Positions 40,234 to 49,965 of a stretch of 64,000 bases of DNA are shown in pieces. The stretch covers positions 160,196 to 224,195 of the forward strand of contig CAWAKX010000033.1 of the NCBI GenBank assembly GCA_963782705.1. The letters run 5' to 3'. The notes below the pieces were generated by a model, which did not search any database, was not told where the DNA came from, and saw nothing but the letters and a program-made list of their open reading frames with translations. Numbering within the stretch: the first letter of the stretch is position 1; each line of letters opens with the position of its first letter. The position numbers and the translations under genes are program-made. The DNA comes from an uncultured Actinomycetes bacterium. Lineage in GTDB: Bacteria > Actinomycetota > Acidimicrobiia > IMCC26256 > DASPTH01.

Positions 40234-40261
40234 CATCGGCGGCGCTTCGGCGCCGCCGATG
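40234..40261 (+). terminator. GC-rich hairpin (12-bp stem, TTCG loop) downstream of the surface-protein gene
   Basis: catcggcggcgc-ttcg-gcgccgccgatg, a perfect inverted repeat read directly. There is no U-tract, as is usual for high-GC actinobacteria. Confidence 0.55.
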
Positions 40262-40363
40262 CGCGTCCGGCGTCCGACACCTCGGGTCGGTTGTCCAGCC
40301 GAACGTGTGCCTCGCGTCTGCGGGGCGTTAGCATCAGCGCGAACACCGAGAGGGGAGACACAC

Positions 40364-40564
40364 ATGGCCTGGAAGGTCGAGGTCGACTGGGACCTCTGCG
40401 AGAGCAACGCGATCTGTATGGGCATCGCCCCCGAGGTCTTCGAGCTCCGGGACGACAACTACCTCTACATCCTTCAGGACAACCCGCCGGACGAATTGCG
40501 CGAGCGCTGCGAGCAGGCCGTGCGGCAGTGCCCGAAGCAGGCCGTCAGCATCACCGAGAGCTGA
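40364..40564 (+). CDS. small ferredoxin (66 aa, 3Fe-4S/4Fe-4S single-cluster type)
   Basis: RBS GAGAGGGGAG. MAWKVEVDWDLCESNAICMGIAPEVFELRDDNYLYILQDNPPDELRERCEQAVRQCPKQAVSITES has the Cys pattern Cx5C...CP. Confidence 0.85.
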   Translation: MAWKVEVDWDLCESNAICMGIAPEVFELRDDNYLYILQDNPPDELRERCEQAVRQCPKQAVSITES

Positions 40565-40688
40565 CGACTCCGACGCGCCGCACGGCGCGTCCTCGCGGTC
40601 GGCGCCCGTGCGCCTTCGCCGCCCCACGCGCACCTGGTCCGCCGGGTGCGCGTGTCGCTGTCCGGCGTCGTGACTACGGTGCGGCGCG

Positions 40689-41814
40689 ATGACCGCCCCC
40701 CGCGTCGAAGCTCGTCGCCTGCGCCGCCGCCGCCGTCGGCTCGCGGTCGGCCTCGGGCTCGCGGTCGTGGTGTTCGCCTTCGGGTTCGGCGCGGCGGCCA
40801 TCGCGCTGTTCGGCAGCGGTGACGGCAGTGCGTCGTCGGGCCCGCCGCGCGTCACCTCGGTGGTCGAGGCGTCGACCACCACGGCCGCGCCGCCGACGAC
40901 CGGCTCCGCCGACCACCACGCTCGCGCCGGGCACGCTGACGGCCATCGACACCGAGCGGCGGTACGCGGTGGGGACCCGCTCGGCCACCTACGTCGACGG
41001 GTCACGCTCCACGTCGGCCAACGGCGACTTCGCCGGCGCGGCCAACCGCACCATCCCGGTGGAGTTCTGGTATCCCGCCACCGGCGCCGCGGGCGGCGAC
41101 AGCACCGCCGACGCGCCGCCCGACCGGGCCCACGGGCCCTACCCGCTGATCCTGTTCTCGCACGGCTACGCGGTCACCCCCGACTTCTACCGTCCGCTGC
41201 TCGAACGCTGGGCCGCGGCCGGCTACGTGGTGGCCGCGCCGGTGTACCCCATCCTCAGCGGCACGCCCGGCGGCGCCAGCCACACCGACTACGAGAAGAC
41301 CTTCGACGACGCCCGGTTCGTGATCTCCCAGGTGCTCGCGCTGCCCGGGAACGATCCGCTCGGCGGGCTGGTCGACGGCACGCGGATCGCCGCGGCCGGG
41401 CATTCCGACGGTGAGGTCGTCGCGTTCGGCGAGGGGCTGCTCCAGTGCTGTCGCGACGACCGGGTGCGGTCGGTCATCGCGATGGCGGGCGACCTGTCGA
41501 ACGCCAACAACCCGCACGTGCGCAACTCCGGGGTGCCGATCCTCCACGTGATGGAGACCGAGGACGAGTACGACCCCTACCAGCACTCCATCGACTGGGA
41601 CCGGGCGAACCTCGACGCGCCGCGGTGGATGCTCTCACTGCTCGGCGCGAGCCACGTGCCGCCCTACACCCAGCCGGGCAACGCGGCCTTCGAACTGGTG
41701 AGCGCGACGACGATCGCGTTCTTCGACGGCACGCTGAAGGGTCATCCCGAGCGACTCGACGCGATCGCGGCCACCGTCGACTCGTCGAACGGCGTGGCCT
41801 CGCTCGAGCGTTAG
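40689..41814 (+). CDS. membrane-anchored alpha/beta hydrolase (lipase / PAF-acetylhydrolase-like), one frameshift near 40910
   Basis: N-terminal TM LAVGLGLAVVVFAFGFGAAAIALFG; ...YPLILFSHGYAVTPDFYRPLLERWAAAGYVVAAPVYP...; the nucleophile elbow is AAGHSDG. Confidence 0.7.
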
Positions 41815-41863
41815 CGCCCGAGCGATGGCGCGAGCGCGTCGCAGAGCGACGCCGCGGGTGGCG

Positions 41864-43325
41864 TCAGGCGTCGCGTTCGGGGTACTTGGCGAGGAGGTCG
41901 TCGCGCACCTGGCGGCGCAGCACCTTGCCCGTGGCGGTCTGCGGCAGCTCGTCGGTGATCTCGATGATCTCCGGCACCTTGAGCGAGCCGATGCGGGCCT
42001 TCACCCACTCCTGCACGTGCTCGAGGTCGATCTCCTCCACGCCGGGGCGCAGGGTGATCGTCGCGGCGACGATCTCGCCCCACTCCTCGTCGGGCAGGCC
42101 GACGACCGCCGCGGTGGAGATGGCGTCGTGCTGGAGCAGCGCGTCCTCCACCTCGGCGGGGCCGATGTTCTCGCCGCCGCGGATGATGGTGTCGTCGGCG
42201 CGGCCCTCGCAGAAGAGGTAGCCCTCGATGTCGAGCCAGCCGCGGTCGCCGGTGTGCAGCCAGCCGTCGGCGTCGACCTTGGAGTCGGTGCCCACGTAGG
42301 CGCCGCTCACCTGGTCGCCGCGGATGAGGATCTCGCCGGGCACGTCGGCCTCGAGCGGGTTGCCGTGCTCGTCGGCGATGCGGATCTCGATGCCGGGCAC
42401 CGGGCGGCCGACCGACTCGAGCCGGTTCTTGAACAGCGGCTCGTCGCTGTAGAGGCCGAGGCGGTGGTCGTCGGGGCCGAGGAGCGCGACGGTGCTGCTC
42501 GTCTCGGTGAGGCCGTACGCGTTCACGAAGTCGGTCTCGGGCATCAGGTGCAGCGCGCGTTCGAGCACCGAGCGGTGCATGCGCGCGCCGCCGTACGCGA
42601 GGTTGCGCAGCGTGGGGACGCGCAGTTCGGGGTCGGCCTCCATCACCTGCACGATGCGGGCCAGCATGGTGGGGACGACGGTGGCGTGGGTGACGCCCTC
42701 GTCGCGCACGGTGCGGATCCAGTCCTCGGCGGTGAAGCGCGGCAGCGGCACGATGCGCCGCCCGACGTAGGTGGAGCTGATGATGGCGGCCACGCCCGCG
42801 ATGTGGAAGGGCGGCACCGACACGATGGCGGCTTCGTCGTCGCCGGCCGAGCCGAACTCCAGCGTGTTGAACACGTAGCTGAGGAGCTGGTCGTGGCGGA
42901 GCAGCGCGGCCTTGGGCGCGGCCGACGTGCCGCTGGTGAACAGCAGCACCGCGGGGCGCTCGGGCGCGGGGTCGAAGTCGCCGACGGCGTCGGACTCCGG
43001 GTCGAGCCAGTGCGAGCCGGCGACCACGACGGGCTCGAGGCGCGTCGAGCAGCTCCTGCACCTGGTCGTCGGGGAGACGGAAGTTGATCGGCGCGTAGCT
43101 CACGCCCGCCCACGCGGCGCCGAAGAGCGACGCGGGCACCAGCGGCGACAGCGGCTCCATGAGCGCGAGGGTGTCGACGTGGGCGTGCTCCTCACCGACC
43201 CGCACGGCGATGGCGCGCGCGGCACGGCGGAGCTGCTCGTAGGTGAGTCCGTCGGCGCGGGTGCCGACGGCGAGGCGGTCCCCGAGGGCGTCGGCCGCCA
43301 TCTCGAGGATCATCGCGATGTTCAC
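41864..43325 (-). CDS. acyl-CoA synthetase (AMP-binding, FadD-like), one frameshift near 43030
   Basis: N-terminus VNIAMILEMAADALGDRLAVGTRADGLTYEQL...; AMP motif LLFTSGTSAAPKAALLRHDQ; ...YGLTETSS...; TGDRGWLDIEGYLFCEGRADDTIIRGGENIGPAEVE; GKVLRRQVR. Confidence 0.8.
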
Positions 43326-43381
43326 TGGTTCCCCCCGATCGGCGGGTGCGCACCGCGGCGTGCAGCCGCGGACGTCGACGG

Positions 43382-43525
43382 TCAGTCGGAGGACGGCAGC
43401 GGCTTCGCCGCCGCGAGCTCCATCGGCGTGTCGTGGCAGGTGAGGGTGCCGTCGCCGGCCTTGGTCACCAGGACGGTGGCCTCGCACTCGCTGCACGTGT
43501 AGCGCTTGCCCATCTGGTTGGCCAT
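43382..43525 (-). CDS. small Cys-knuckle protein (47 aa), paralog B
   Basis: MANQMGKRYTCSECEATVLVTKAGDGTLTCHDTPMELAAAKPLPSSD*. The SD GAGGGG lies 7 nt upstream, inside the 3' end of paralog A. Confidence 0.45.
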   Translation of the reverse strand: MANQMGKRYTCSECEATVLVTKAGDGTLTCHDTPMELAAAKPLPSSD

Positions 43526-43529
43526 GACG

Positions 43530-43652
43530 TCACCCCTCGCGAGCAGCCATGGGCTGCTCGCAACACGACACCTCGCCGTCGGTGCCCTTCACCACGATGA
43601 TTTCGGTCTCGCACTTCTCACAGCGCAAGCGGGTTCCAGCTGCAGTCGGCAT
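43530..43652 (-). CDS. small Cys-knuckle protein (40 aa), paralog A
   Basis: MPTAAGTRLRCEKCETEIIVVKGTDGEVSCCEQPMAAREG*. Its stop is 4 nt from the paralog B start. Confidence 0.45.
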   Translation of the reverse strand: MPTAAGTRLRCEKCETEIIVVKGTDGEVSCCEQPMAAREG

Positions 43653-43733
43653 GGGCCGCAGACTACCCAACACCCCCGCCTCGCCGACCATCCGCACGCC
43701 CTGCGGCCGAGGTGGTCGGTTAGCGTGCGCCGG

Positions 43734-44586
43734 ATGGGAGCAGGGAACGACCCCGCGCCGGTCGTCGTCGACCACGACGGCCTGCGGATCGCCGCGCTCG
43801 ACTGGGGCGGCGACGGCCCGCCGCTGCTGCTCCTGCACCCCAACGGATTCTGCGCCGGGCTGTTCGATCCCCTGGCCCGTCGGCTCCGGGACGACCTACC
43901 GGGTGGTGGCGGTCGACCTGCGGGGCCACGGGGCGAGTGACGCCCCCACCCGGGTGGAGCAGTGCGGCTACCGCGACGTCGCCGCCGACGCCCTGGCCGT
44001 GCTCGACGCCCTCGGGCTCGACGACGTCCTCGTCGTGGGCGAGTCGCTCGGGGGGTCGGCCGCGATCCTCCTCGACGAGCTGCGCCCGGGTCTCGTGCGG
44101 CATGCGCTGCTGTGCGAGGCGATCGCCTTCCCCTCGCTCGGCGGGGGGCGGGGGAACGAGCGGGCCGACGGCGCCCGGCGCCGCCGGGTGGTGTGGCCGA
44201 GTCGCGACGCGGTGTTGGAGTCGTACGGCGCGCGTCCGCCGCTCGACGTGCTGGAGCACGCGGCCCTCGCCGGCTACGTGCACCGCGGATTTCGCGACCG
44301 GCCCGACGGTCACGTCGAGCTGGCGTGCCCGCCCGAGGTGGAGGCCTGGTTCTTCGAGGGCGGCGCCGATGGCGACGGCCCGCAGCTCACGCTGGCGCAC
44401 CTCGGGTCGCTGCACGCCGGGGCCACGATCGTGCGGGGCGAGGACACCGACCTGCCGTCGTTCTTCTTCGCCGCGCAGGCCGAGGCGTTGGGCACCGAGG
44501 CGCTGGTCGTGCCCGGCGGCCACTTCTTCCTGCAGCAGAGCACCGACCTCGCCGAGGACCTCGTCCGCACCCACCTCCCCGCCTGA
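43734..44586 (+). CDS. alpha/beta hydrolase fold-1 protein, one frameshift near 43890
   Basis: MGAGNDPAPVVVDHDGLRIAALDWGGDGPPLLLLHPNGFCAGLFDPLA... shifts to ...YRVVAVDLRGHGASD...LVVGESLGGSAAILL... Confidence 0.75.
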
Positions 44587-44628
44587 CCGACCGCCTCCGG
44601 GATATCCGACGCCGGTTCGTGGAGGGGG

Positions 44629-46260
44629 TCAGTCGAGCAGGGTGCGGGTGGTGGGGTAGTCGACCTTGCCGATGGTGGTGCGGGGGACGGCGTCGACGAT
44701 GCGCACCCGGCGCGGCCGCTTGTAGTGCGCGAGGCGAGTGGCGACCCACGCCGCGAGGTCGTCGGCGGTCGGCGCGGGCACGTCGGCGACGGTGCCGTCG
44801 CGCGTGAGGGCGACGACCGCGGCGACGATCTCGCCCCACTCGTCGTCGGGGAGGCCGACGACCGCGGCGTCGGCGACCGCGGGGTGGGCCTTGAGCGTCT
44901 CCTCCACCTCTTCGGGCCACACCTTCTCGCCGCCGGTGTTGATGCAGTGCCCGCCGCGACCGAGGAACACCAGCGTGCCGTCGGCGTCGAGGCGGGCCTG
45001 GTCGCCGAGGATCACGTAGCGGTCACCGTCGATCACCCGGAAGCTCGCGGCGTTGCGCTCGGGATCGCGGTAGTAGCCCTCGGAGATCGAGTCGCGCACC
45101 GCGAGCATGCCGGTGGTGGGCGAGCCGGGCGCGAGGTCGCGCCCGTCGTCGTCGAGCAGGCGCGCGTTGGGGCCGAGGCGGAAGCGCGCGGTGGCCGACG
45201 TTCCCGGTTCACGTGTCGAGGCCGACGCGAAGCCCGTGCCCTCGCTGCCGCCGAGCACGTCGTAGAACTCCATGGTGCCGCGCGCGAGGAGCGCGTCCTT
45301 CGTCGCCGCGCTCACCATCGCGCCCGAGTTGTGGATGCGGCGCAACGACGAGAGGTCGTAGGGCTCGCCGCGCGCCTCGGCCTCCTCGAGCGCGCGCACC
45401 ACCCGACGCAGCACCGTGTCGCCCACCACCTGCAGCACCATCGGTCGTTCACGCTGGATCGTCGCGCACACCACGTGACCGTCGAGGTGCCCGCGTTCGA
45501 GCAGCACGACGGTGCCGCCGGTGTTGCACGCGGTGTTGGCCTGGTACACCGCGCTCGCGTGCACGAGCGGGGTGGTCACGAGCGGGCGGGCCACGTCGCC
45601 CTCGGCGCGCCGGCGCGCGGTGTCGGCCACCAGCGCGGGCAGGGAGTCGGGCGGGATGGCGCCCCGGATCCCGTAGGTGGCCCGCACGCCGTGACGCAGC
45701 AGCGTGCCCTGCTTCCACATCGCGCCCTTGGGGAGACCGGTGGTGCCGCCGGTGTACCAGAGCACCAGGTCGTCGCCCGAGCGCTCGATGCGCGCCGCGG
45801 GGTCGTGGGCGCGCAGGAGCGTCTCGTAGTCGAGCGCGTCGGGGAGCGGATCGACGCCGGTCCCGTCGTCGATGTCGACGAAGGCGCGCACCGTGGTGAG
45901 GCGCGCCCGGGCCGACGCGACGTTCGGCGCGAGCTGCCGGTGGGAGATCACGACCTCGGCGTCCGCGTTGTCGAGCAGGTAGGCGAGCTCGTCGCCGAGG
46001 TAGCGGAAGTTCACGTTCACCGGGACCGCGCGCAGCTTCGAGCACGCGAAGAGTCCCTCGAGGTACTCCGCGGCGTTGAACTGGTGCAGCGCGACGTGCG
46101 TCCCGGCTCCGACCCCGAGCCCGGCGAGCGCGGCGGCGAGACGCGACGAGCGTTCGTCGAACGCCTGCCAGGTGTGGACCCGGTCGCCCTGCACCACGAC
46201 GGGAGCGTCGGGCATGGCGTCGGCCATGAGCTCCCAGACCGTGGCGAACGACTCGTACAC
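44629..46260 (-). CDS. acyl-CoA synthetase (AMP-binding), intact
   Basis: 543 aa with YTGGTTGLPKGAMW, ...GTLVFLGRGGHCINTGGEKVWPEEVEE..., GKVDY. Confidence 0.9.
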   Translation of the reverse strand: MYESFATVWELMADAMPDAPVVVQGDRVHTWQAFDERSSRLAAALAGLGVGAGTHVALHQFNAAEYLEGLFACSKLRAVPVNVNFRYLGDELAYLLDNADAEVVISHRQLAPNVASARARLTTVRAFVDIDDGTGVDPLPDALDYETLLRAHDPAARIERSGDDLVLWYTGGTTGLPKGAMWKQGTLLRHGVRATYGIRGAIPPDSLPALVADTARRRAEGDVARPLVTTPLVHASAVYQANTACNTGGTVVLLERGHLDGHVVCATIQRERPMVLQVVGDTVLRRVVRALEEAEARGEPYDLSSLRRIHNSGAMVSAATKDALLARGTMEFYDVLGGSEGTGFASASTREPGTSATARFRLGPNARLLDDDGRDLAPGSPTTGMLAVRDSISEGYYRDPERNAASFRVIDGDRYVILGDQARLDADGTLVFLGRGGHCINTGGEKVWPEEVEETLKAHPAVADAAVVGLPDDEWGEIVAAVVALTRDGTVADVPAPTADDLAAWVATRLAHYKRPRRVRIVDAVPRTTIGKVDYPTTRTLLD

Positions 46261-46313
46261 GCGGCGAGCCTACGCGGGTGGCGCGGCGTGGATCAGCGGA
46301 TCAGATCAGTGGA

Positions 46314-47190
46314 TCAGGAGGCGCCCATGCCGAGGAGGCGTTCGCGCGAGACCGCCTTCGACGCCCGCCACAACGCGAACAGCGCGCCCGCCCACGCCAG
46401 TGCGCCGATGCCGATCGCGAGGCCCTGGCCGCGGAAGAGCGTGTTGCTCGACACGCCGTAGGCGATGACGATCAGCGGCAACGTGGCCAGCGCCGACGCC
46501 TGCTGGGCCGCGGCCGCGCTCGACACGCGGGCGGAGATGGCGAGGATCACCGCGAGCGCCAATGCGATGAACGGCGGCAGCACCCACAGCACGAGGATCC
46601 ACCAGTTGGTGGTCGGGAAGAACCAACCGCCGACCTTCGGGCCCACGATGAGGTTCACCACGAGCGAGTAGCAGATGAAGCCCATCGCCGCGGTGAAGTA
46701 GCCGGGGATGAGGCTGGCCATCAGCTTGCCCAGGTAGATCTGGCGTTCGGTGGCGGGGGAGTGCGAGAGGAACTCGCCGCTGCCGCGCTCGCGCTCACCG
46801 ATGATGGTGTGCGCGCCGACCGCCGACGACACGGTGAGCGGCACGATGATCGCCAGCGGGGCGAAGAGGTACACCGCGAGCGCGTACGACGCGCCGGCCG
46901 TGCCCTTGGAGCCGTGGACGTGGGCCTGGAGGTCCTTCGGCAGGCTGCCCGACGACGTCGCTGAGCTTGGTGGCGAGCGTGGAGTCCTTCACCGAGCCCA
47001 CGATCAGCAGCAGGAAGGTGGGGATGATCACGAAGAACAGCAGGGCGACGATCGACAGCGGCATCCAGAAGTCGCGCGCCTGGACGAGCTGGCGCAGGTC
47101 GGTGCGGGCGATCACCCACGACGGGCGCTGCGAATGCCGCTTCGGCGGACGGGTCGACGTGCGGGCGGGAGTGATCGCTTCACTGGCCAC
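46314..47190 (-). CDS. ABC-2 type transporter permease, one frameshift near 46930
   Basis: The N-terminal frame 46795-47265 (...WMPLSIVALLFFVIIPTFLLLIVGSV...) continues in frame 46314-46874 (six TM helices). Confidence 0.6.
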
Positions 47191-48127
47191 GGTGCTGCTT
47201 CCTGATCGTGAAGTAGAGCTCCTCGAGAGTGGGGGTGCGCGGCTCGACCCGGGTGAGGCGCGCACCGGCCGCGACGAGTGCGTCGACGAGATCGGGGACC
47301 TGCGTGTCGTCGTCGAGGTCGACCATCGCCACGCCGTTGCGCTCGTAGGCGCGCACGAACGGCAGCGCCGAGGCGGTGTCGAGCACCGACGGGTTGTCGG
47401 CGGCGAGCAGGACGCGCGTGTTGGGCCAGTACTGCCGGGTGAGCTCGCTCGGCGAGCCCGACACCATCGCGTGGCCCTTGTCCATCACGATCACCTGGTC
47501 GGCGAGACCCTCGGCCTCGAGCAGCAGGTGGGTGCACATGAGGACGGTGCGCCCGTCGTCGGCCATCTCGTCGATGAGACCGAGCACCGCGCGGGCCGAC
47601 TCGGGGTCGAGACCGGCGGTCGGTTCGTCGAGCAGGAGGAGATCGGGCTCGTGGAGCACCGCGCGGGCGAGCGCCAGACGGGCGCGCATGCCGGTGGAGT
47701 ACCCGCCGACCTTCTGGCCGAGCGCGTCGAGGATGCCGAACCGCCCGGCGGCCTCGGTGATGCGGGCGTCGCTCACCGCGGGGTCGACCCGGAAGAGATC
47801 AGCCGCGTAGCGGAGGTTGTCCTCGCCGGTGAGGCGGTCGTAGAGCGCGGGGCGCGCCGGCACCACCCCGCAGCGCCGGCGCACCTCGCTGCCTGCCGCC
47901 TCGGTGCCGGGATCGATCCCGAGCGTGTGCACGGTGCCGGCATGGGTGTGCAGCGCACCGGTGACGAGACGGACGACGGTGGTCTTCCCGGCGCCGTTGG
48001 GGCCGAGCAGCACGGTGACGCTGCCCGACGGGACGACGAAGCTCAGGTCGGCGACGGCCTGCACCTCGCCGAAGGCGCGCCAGACGCCGTCGAGCGCGAC
48101 GGCTTCACCTGCTCCAGTCGGGGCCAT
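47180..48127 (-). CDS. ABC transporter ATP-binding protein, intact
   Basis: [21 protein letters not shown] and LLLLDEPTAGLD. Its stop overlaps the permease start. Confidence 0.85.
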   Translation of the reverse strand: MAPTGAGEAVALDGVWRAFGEVQAVADLSFVVPSGSVTVLLGPNGAGKTTVVRLVTGALHTHAGTVHTLGIDPGTEAAGSEVRRRCGVVPARPALYDRLTGEDNLRYAADLFRVDPAVSDARITEAAGRFGILDALGQKVGGYSTGMRARLALARAVLHEPDLLLLDEPTAGLDPESARAVLGLIDEMADDGRTVLMCTHLLLEAEGLADQVIVMDKGHAMVSGSPSELTRQYWPNTRVLLAADNPSVLDTASALPFVRAYERNGVAMVDLDDDTQVPDLVDALVAAGARLTRVEPRTPTLEELYFTIRKQHRGQ

Positions 48128-48207
48128 GACTGTTGTTCGGCGCGTCCGCTGCGGGAGTGAAGGGGTAACCTCGGCCCCTCGTCCACGGCGTTTCGGCGTC
48201 GCGGCAC

Positions 48208-48279
48208 GGCGGTGTAGCCGAGTGGCTCAGGCAAGGGTCTGCAAAACCCTGGACACGGGTTCGATTCCCGTCACCGCCT
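48208..48279 (+). tRNA. tRNA-Cys (GCA)
   Basis: Hand-folded cloverleaf. The acceptor stem is GGCGGTG/CACCGCC. The anticodon stem is AGGGT/ACCCT with loop CTGCAAA (anticodon GCA). The T-arm is ACGGG-TTCGATT-CCCGT and the variable loop is 4 nt. CCA is not encoded. Confidence 0.85.
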
Positions 48280-48372
48280 CAAACAGGCGCAACCGTCGCG
48301 GGGTCGCACCTCGCCCTCCTCATGTTCCGCAGAGTCAACTTCTCGGTGCGAGGTGGGCAGTGGTGCGGGCCA

Positions 48373-49143
48373 TCACCCGACGATGTTGTCCGACCAGGTC
48401 GGGGTGAGTTCCCGCCAGAGCGCGACGGTCAGGCCACCGACCCAAAGAGCGGCGAGAAGCCAGGCTCCGAGCACGTCGGTGGCCCAGTGATCGCGGAGGT
48501 ACACGCGAGAGATGCCGACGGCGACGATGATCACGAATGCACCTGCCCACACGGCGGCGCGGAGCACGGGTGATCTGGTCAAGAGTGTGGTCACGACGAC
48601 GAGCGCGAGGCAGATGGTGGCTGACTGGGCGGCGTGACCGGATGGGAACGACGATCCGAAGGGGCCTACGGGTGGCCGATCATGCGCGGCGACGTTCTTC
48701 GCGATCACCACCAGGAATCCGTTCCCGGCGAGAGCAAGGGCGAGGAACAACGCGAGCCACCTTCGCCGAAGCGTCCACAGCACGAGGACGACGACGATGG
48801 CAATCGGCACGACGACTTCGCTGCTCCCGAGCCAGGTGACCACACGCAGGAGGTCGGTTCGGCGGTTCGTTTGATGCGAGGCGAACCAGCGAGCGATGTC
48901 ACCATCGCGGCCGGTCCGACCGTCCGCCTTCCAGGTGCGTTCGAGCAGCAGCGCTGCCCCACAGACGAATCCCAATGCCGCGACGAACGCGACCGCAACC
49001 CGGATCCCGATTCGCCAGGGAAATGCCCCGTCGCGCACGGGCGCCGAGAAACCACGGTGTTCCTCGAGCCCAGGCGGAGGCAGCAGACTCGCGTCCGGAG
49101 CTGGCGAGGCCGTCCCTGAAGTTCCTGGTTGCTCGAGATCCAA
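48373..49143 (-). CDS. PAP2 family phosphatase (membrane)
   Basis: ...SSFPSGHAAQSATICLALVVV...ISRVYLRDHWATDVLGAWLLA carries the PAP2 motifs SGH and SRxxxxxHxxxD. Confidence 0.8.
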   Translation of the reverse strand: MDLEQPGTSGTASPAPDASLLPPPGLEEHRGFSAPVRDGAFPWRIGIRVAVAFVAALGFVCGAALLLERTWKADGRTGRDGDIARWFASHQTNRRTDLLRVVTWLGSSEVVVPIAIVVVLVLWTLRRRWLALFLALALAGNGFLVVIAKNVAAHDRPPVGPFGSSFPSGHAAQSATICLALVVVTTLLTRSPVLRAAVWAGAFVIIVAVGISRVYLRDHWATDVLGAWLLAALWVGGLTVALWRELTPTWSDNIVG

Positions 49144-49965
49144 ATTCGGTCCTGGCCAGGATTCCAGTGGTACCGGGACGACTCTACCGCTCTCGCACTC
49201 GCCCCACTTCGGCTGTGCCCGCTCGCGAGGCGAAGCCGAGCTTTCGGGCGGGTCATTCCAGAAATCCTGAAAGCCGCGTGCAGGCTGAAGGCACGCCGAC
49301 GGGTGCTCGCGTCGAAACTCGCCGAGCGGCTCAGCGGGCTGGTACTCGTGCGTACGTCGCCAGCGCGGTCGTGGGTGGCCCGCTGCGCTGCACCGTTGAG
49401 GACGCCTTCCACCAGGACCGAGCGAGTTAGCTCCTGGTGCGACGCTTCAGGGGCAGCGATCGCATCGTCCGCAGCCCCCCGTGCCGAGAACCTGCCGGAC
49501 TTTCGTCCTGGGAGATCGCGCGCCGGAGTGCCTCGCGCATCGCTTCGAACTGTTGCGTTTCCCGGAGCGGATCGCACGACGCCATCGATTCGAAAGGGTA
49601 CTGGCCTCGCCCCGTTGTCCACAAGCCCTTCCACAGGGGTGGGGTCCACGCACCCGGGGGCGAGCAACCCGGTCAAGTCCCTGGGGGTCGAGCACCTCTG
49701 GAGCACCCGCTGGTCGGCCGTCCGCCTGCCGATGTCGACCGAACGATCGGTGAATGTTTGCCGGACAAGTTGACCGTGTCGGGTGTGATCACTACGTTGT
49801 CCCCAGCGACGGGATGTGGCGCGTGATTCGCCCGCCCGAGATATTCCAGCGAAGTGATACCGACACGGGTCACGCGGCAGATGCTGCGGCGCGATCCGAT
49901 CCGACTTGTCGAAGGACGGTGGCCCCGCGCCGCCGCTTCCTGCTGTCGCTGGAGGCCTCTCCTAT

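Noticed and set aside
41811-43496. 561-aa minus-strand ORF, as an intact single gene
   Set aside because: Only its N-terminal about 60 aa (VNIAMILEMAADALG...) are genuine FadD sequence. The remainder is an Arg/Pro-rich wrong frame, and the real continuation is in the frame of ORF 41864-43027 after a frameshift.
49560-49700. GACGAAAGTCCGG element on the minus strand, as a possible RNase P RNA (or tmRNA / group II intron) remnant
   Set aside because: I compared it from memory with the RNase P P4/CR-I-V consensus, the mycobacterial tmRNA 5' end and the intron domain-V consensus. No flanking conserved elements are present, so the 13-mer match is probably chance. It is still flagged for a cmscan in the findings.
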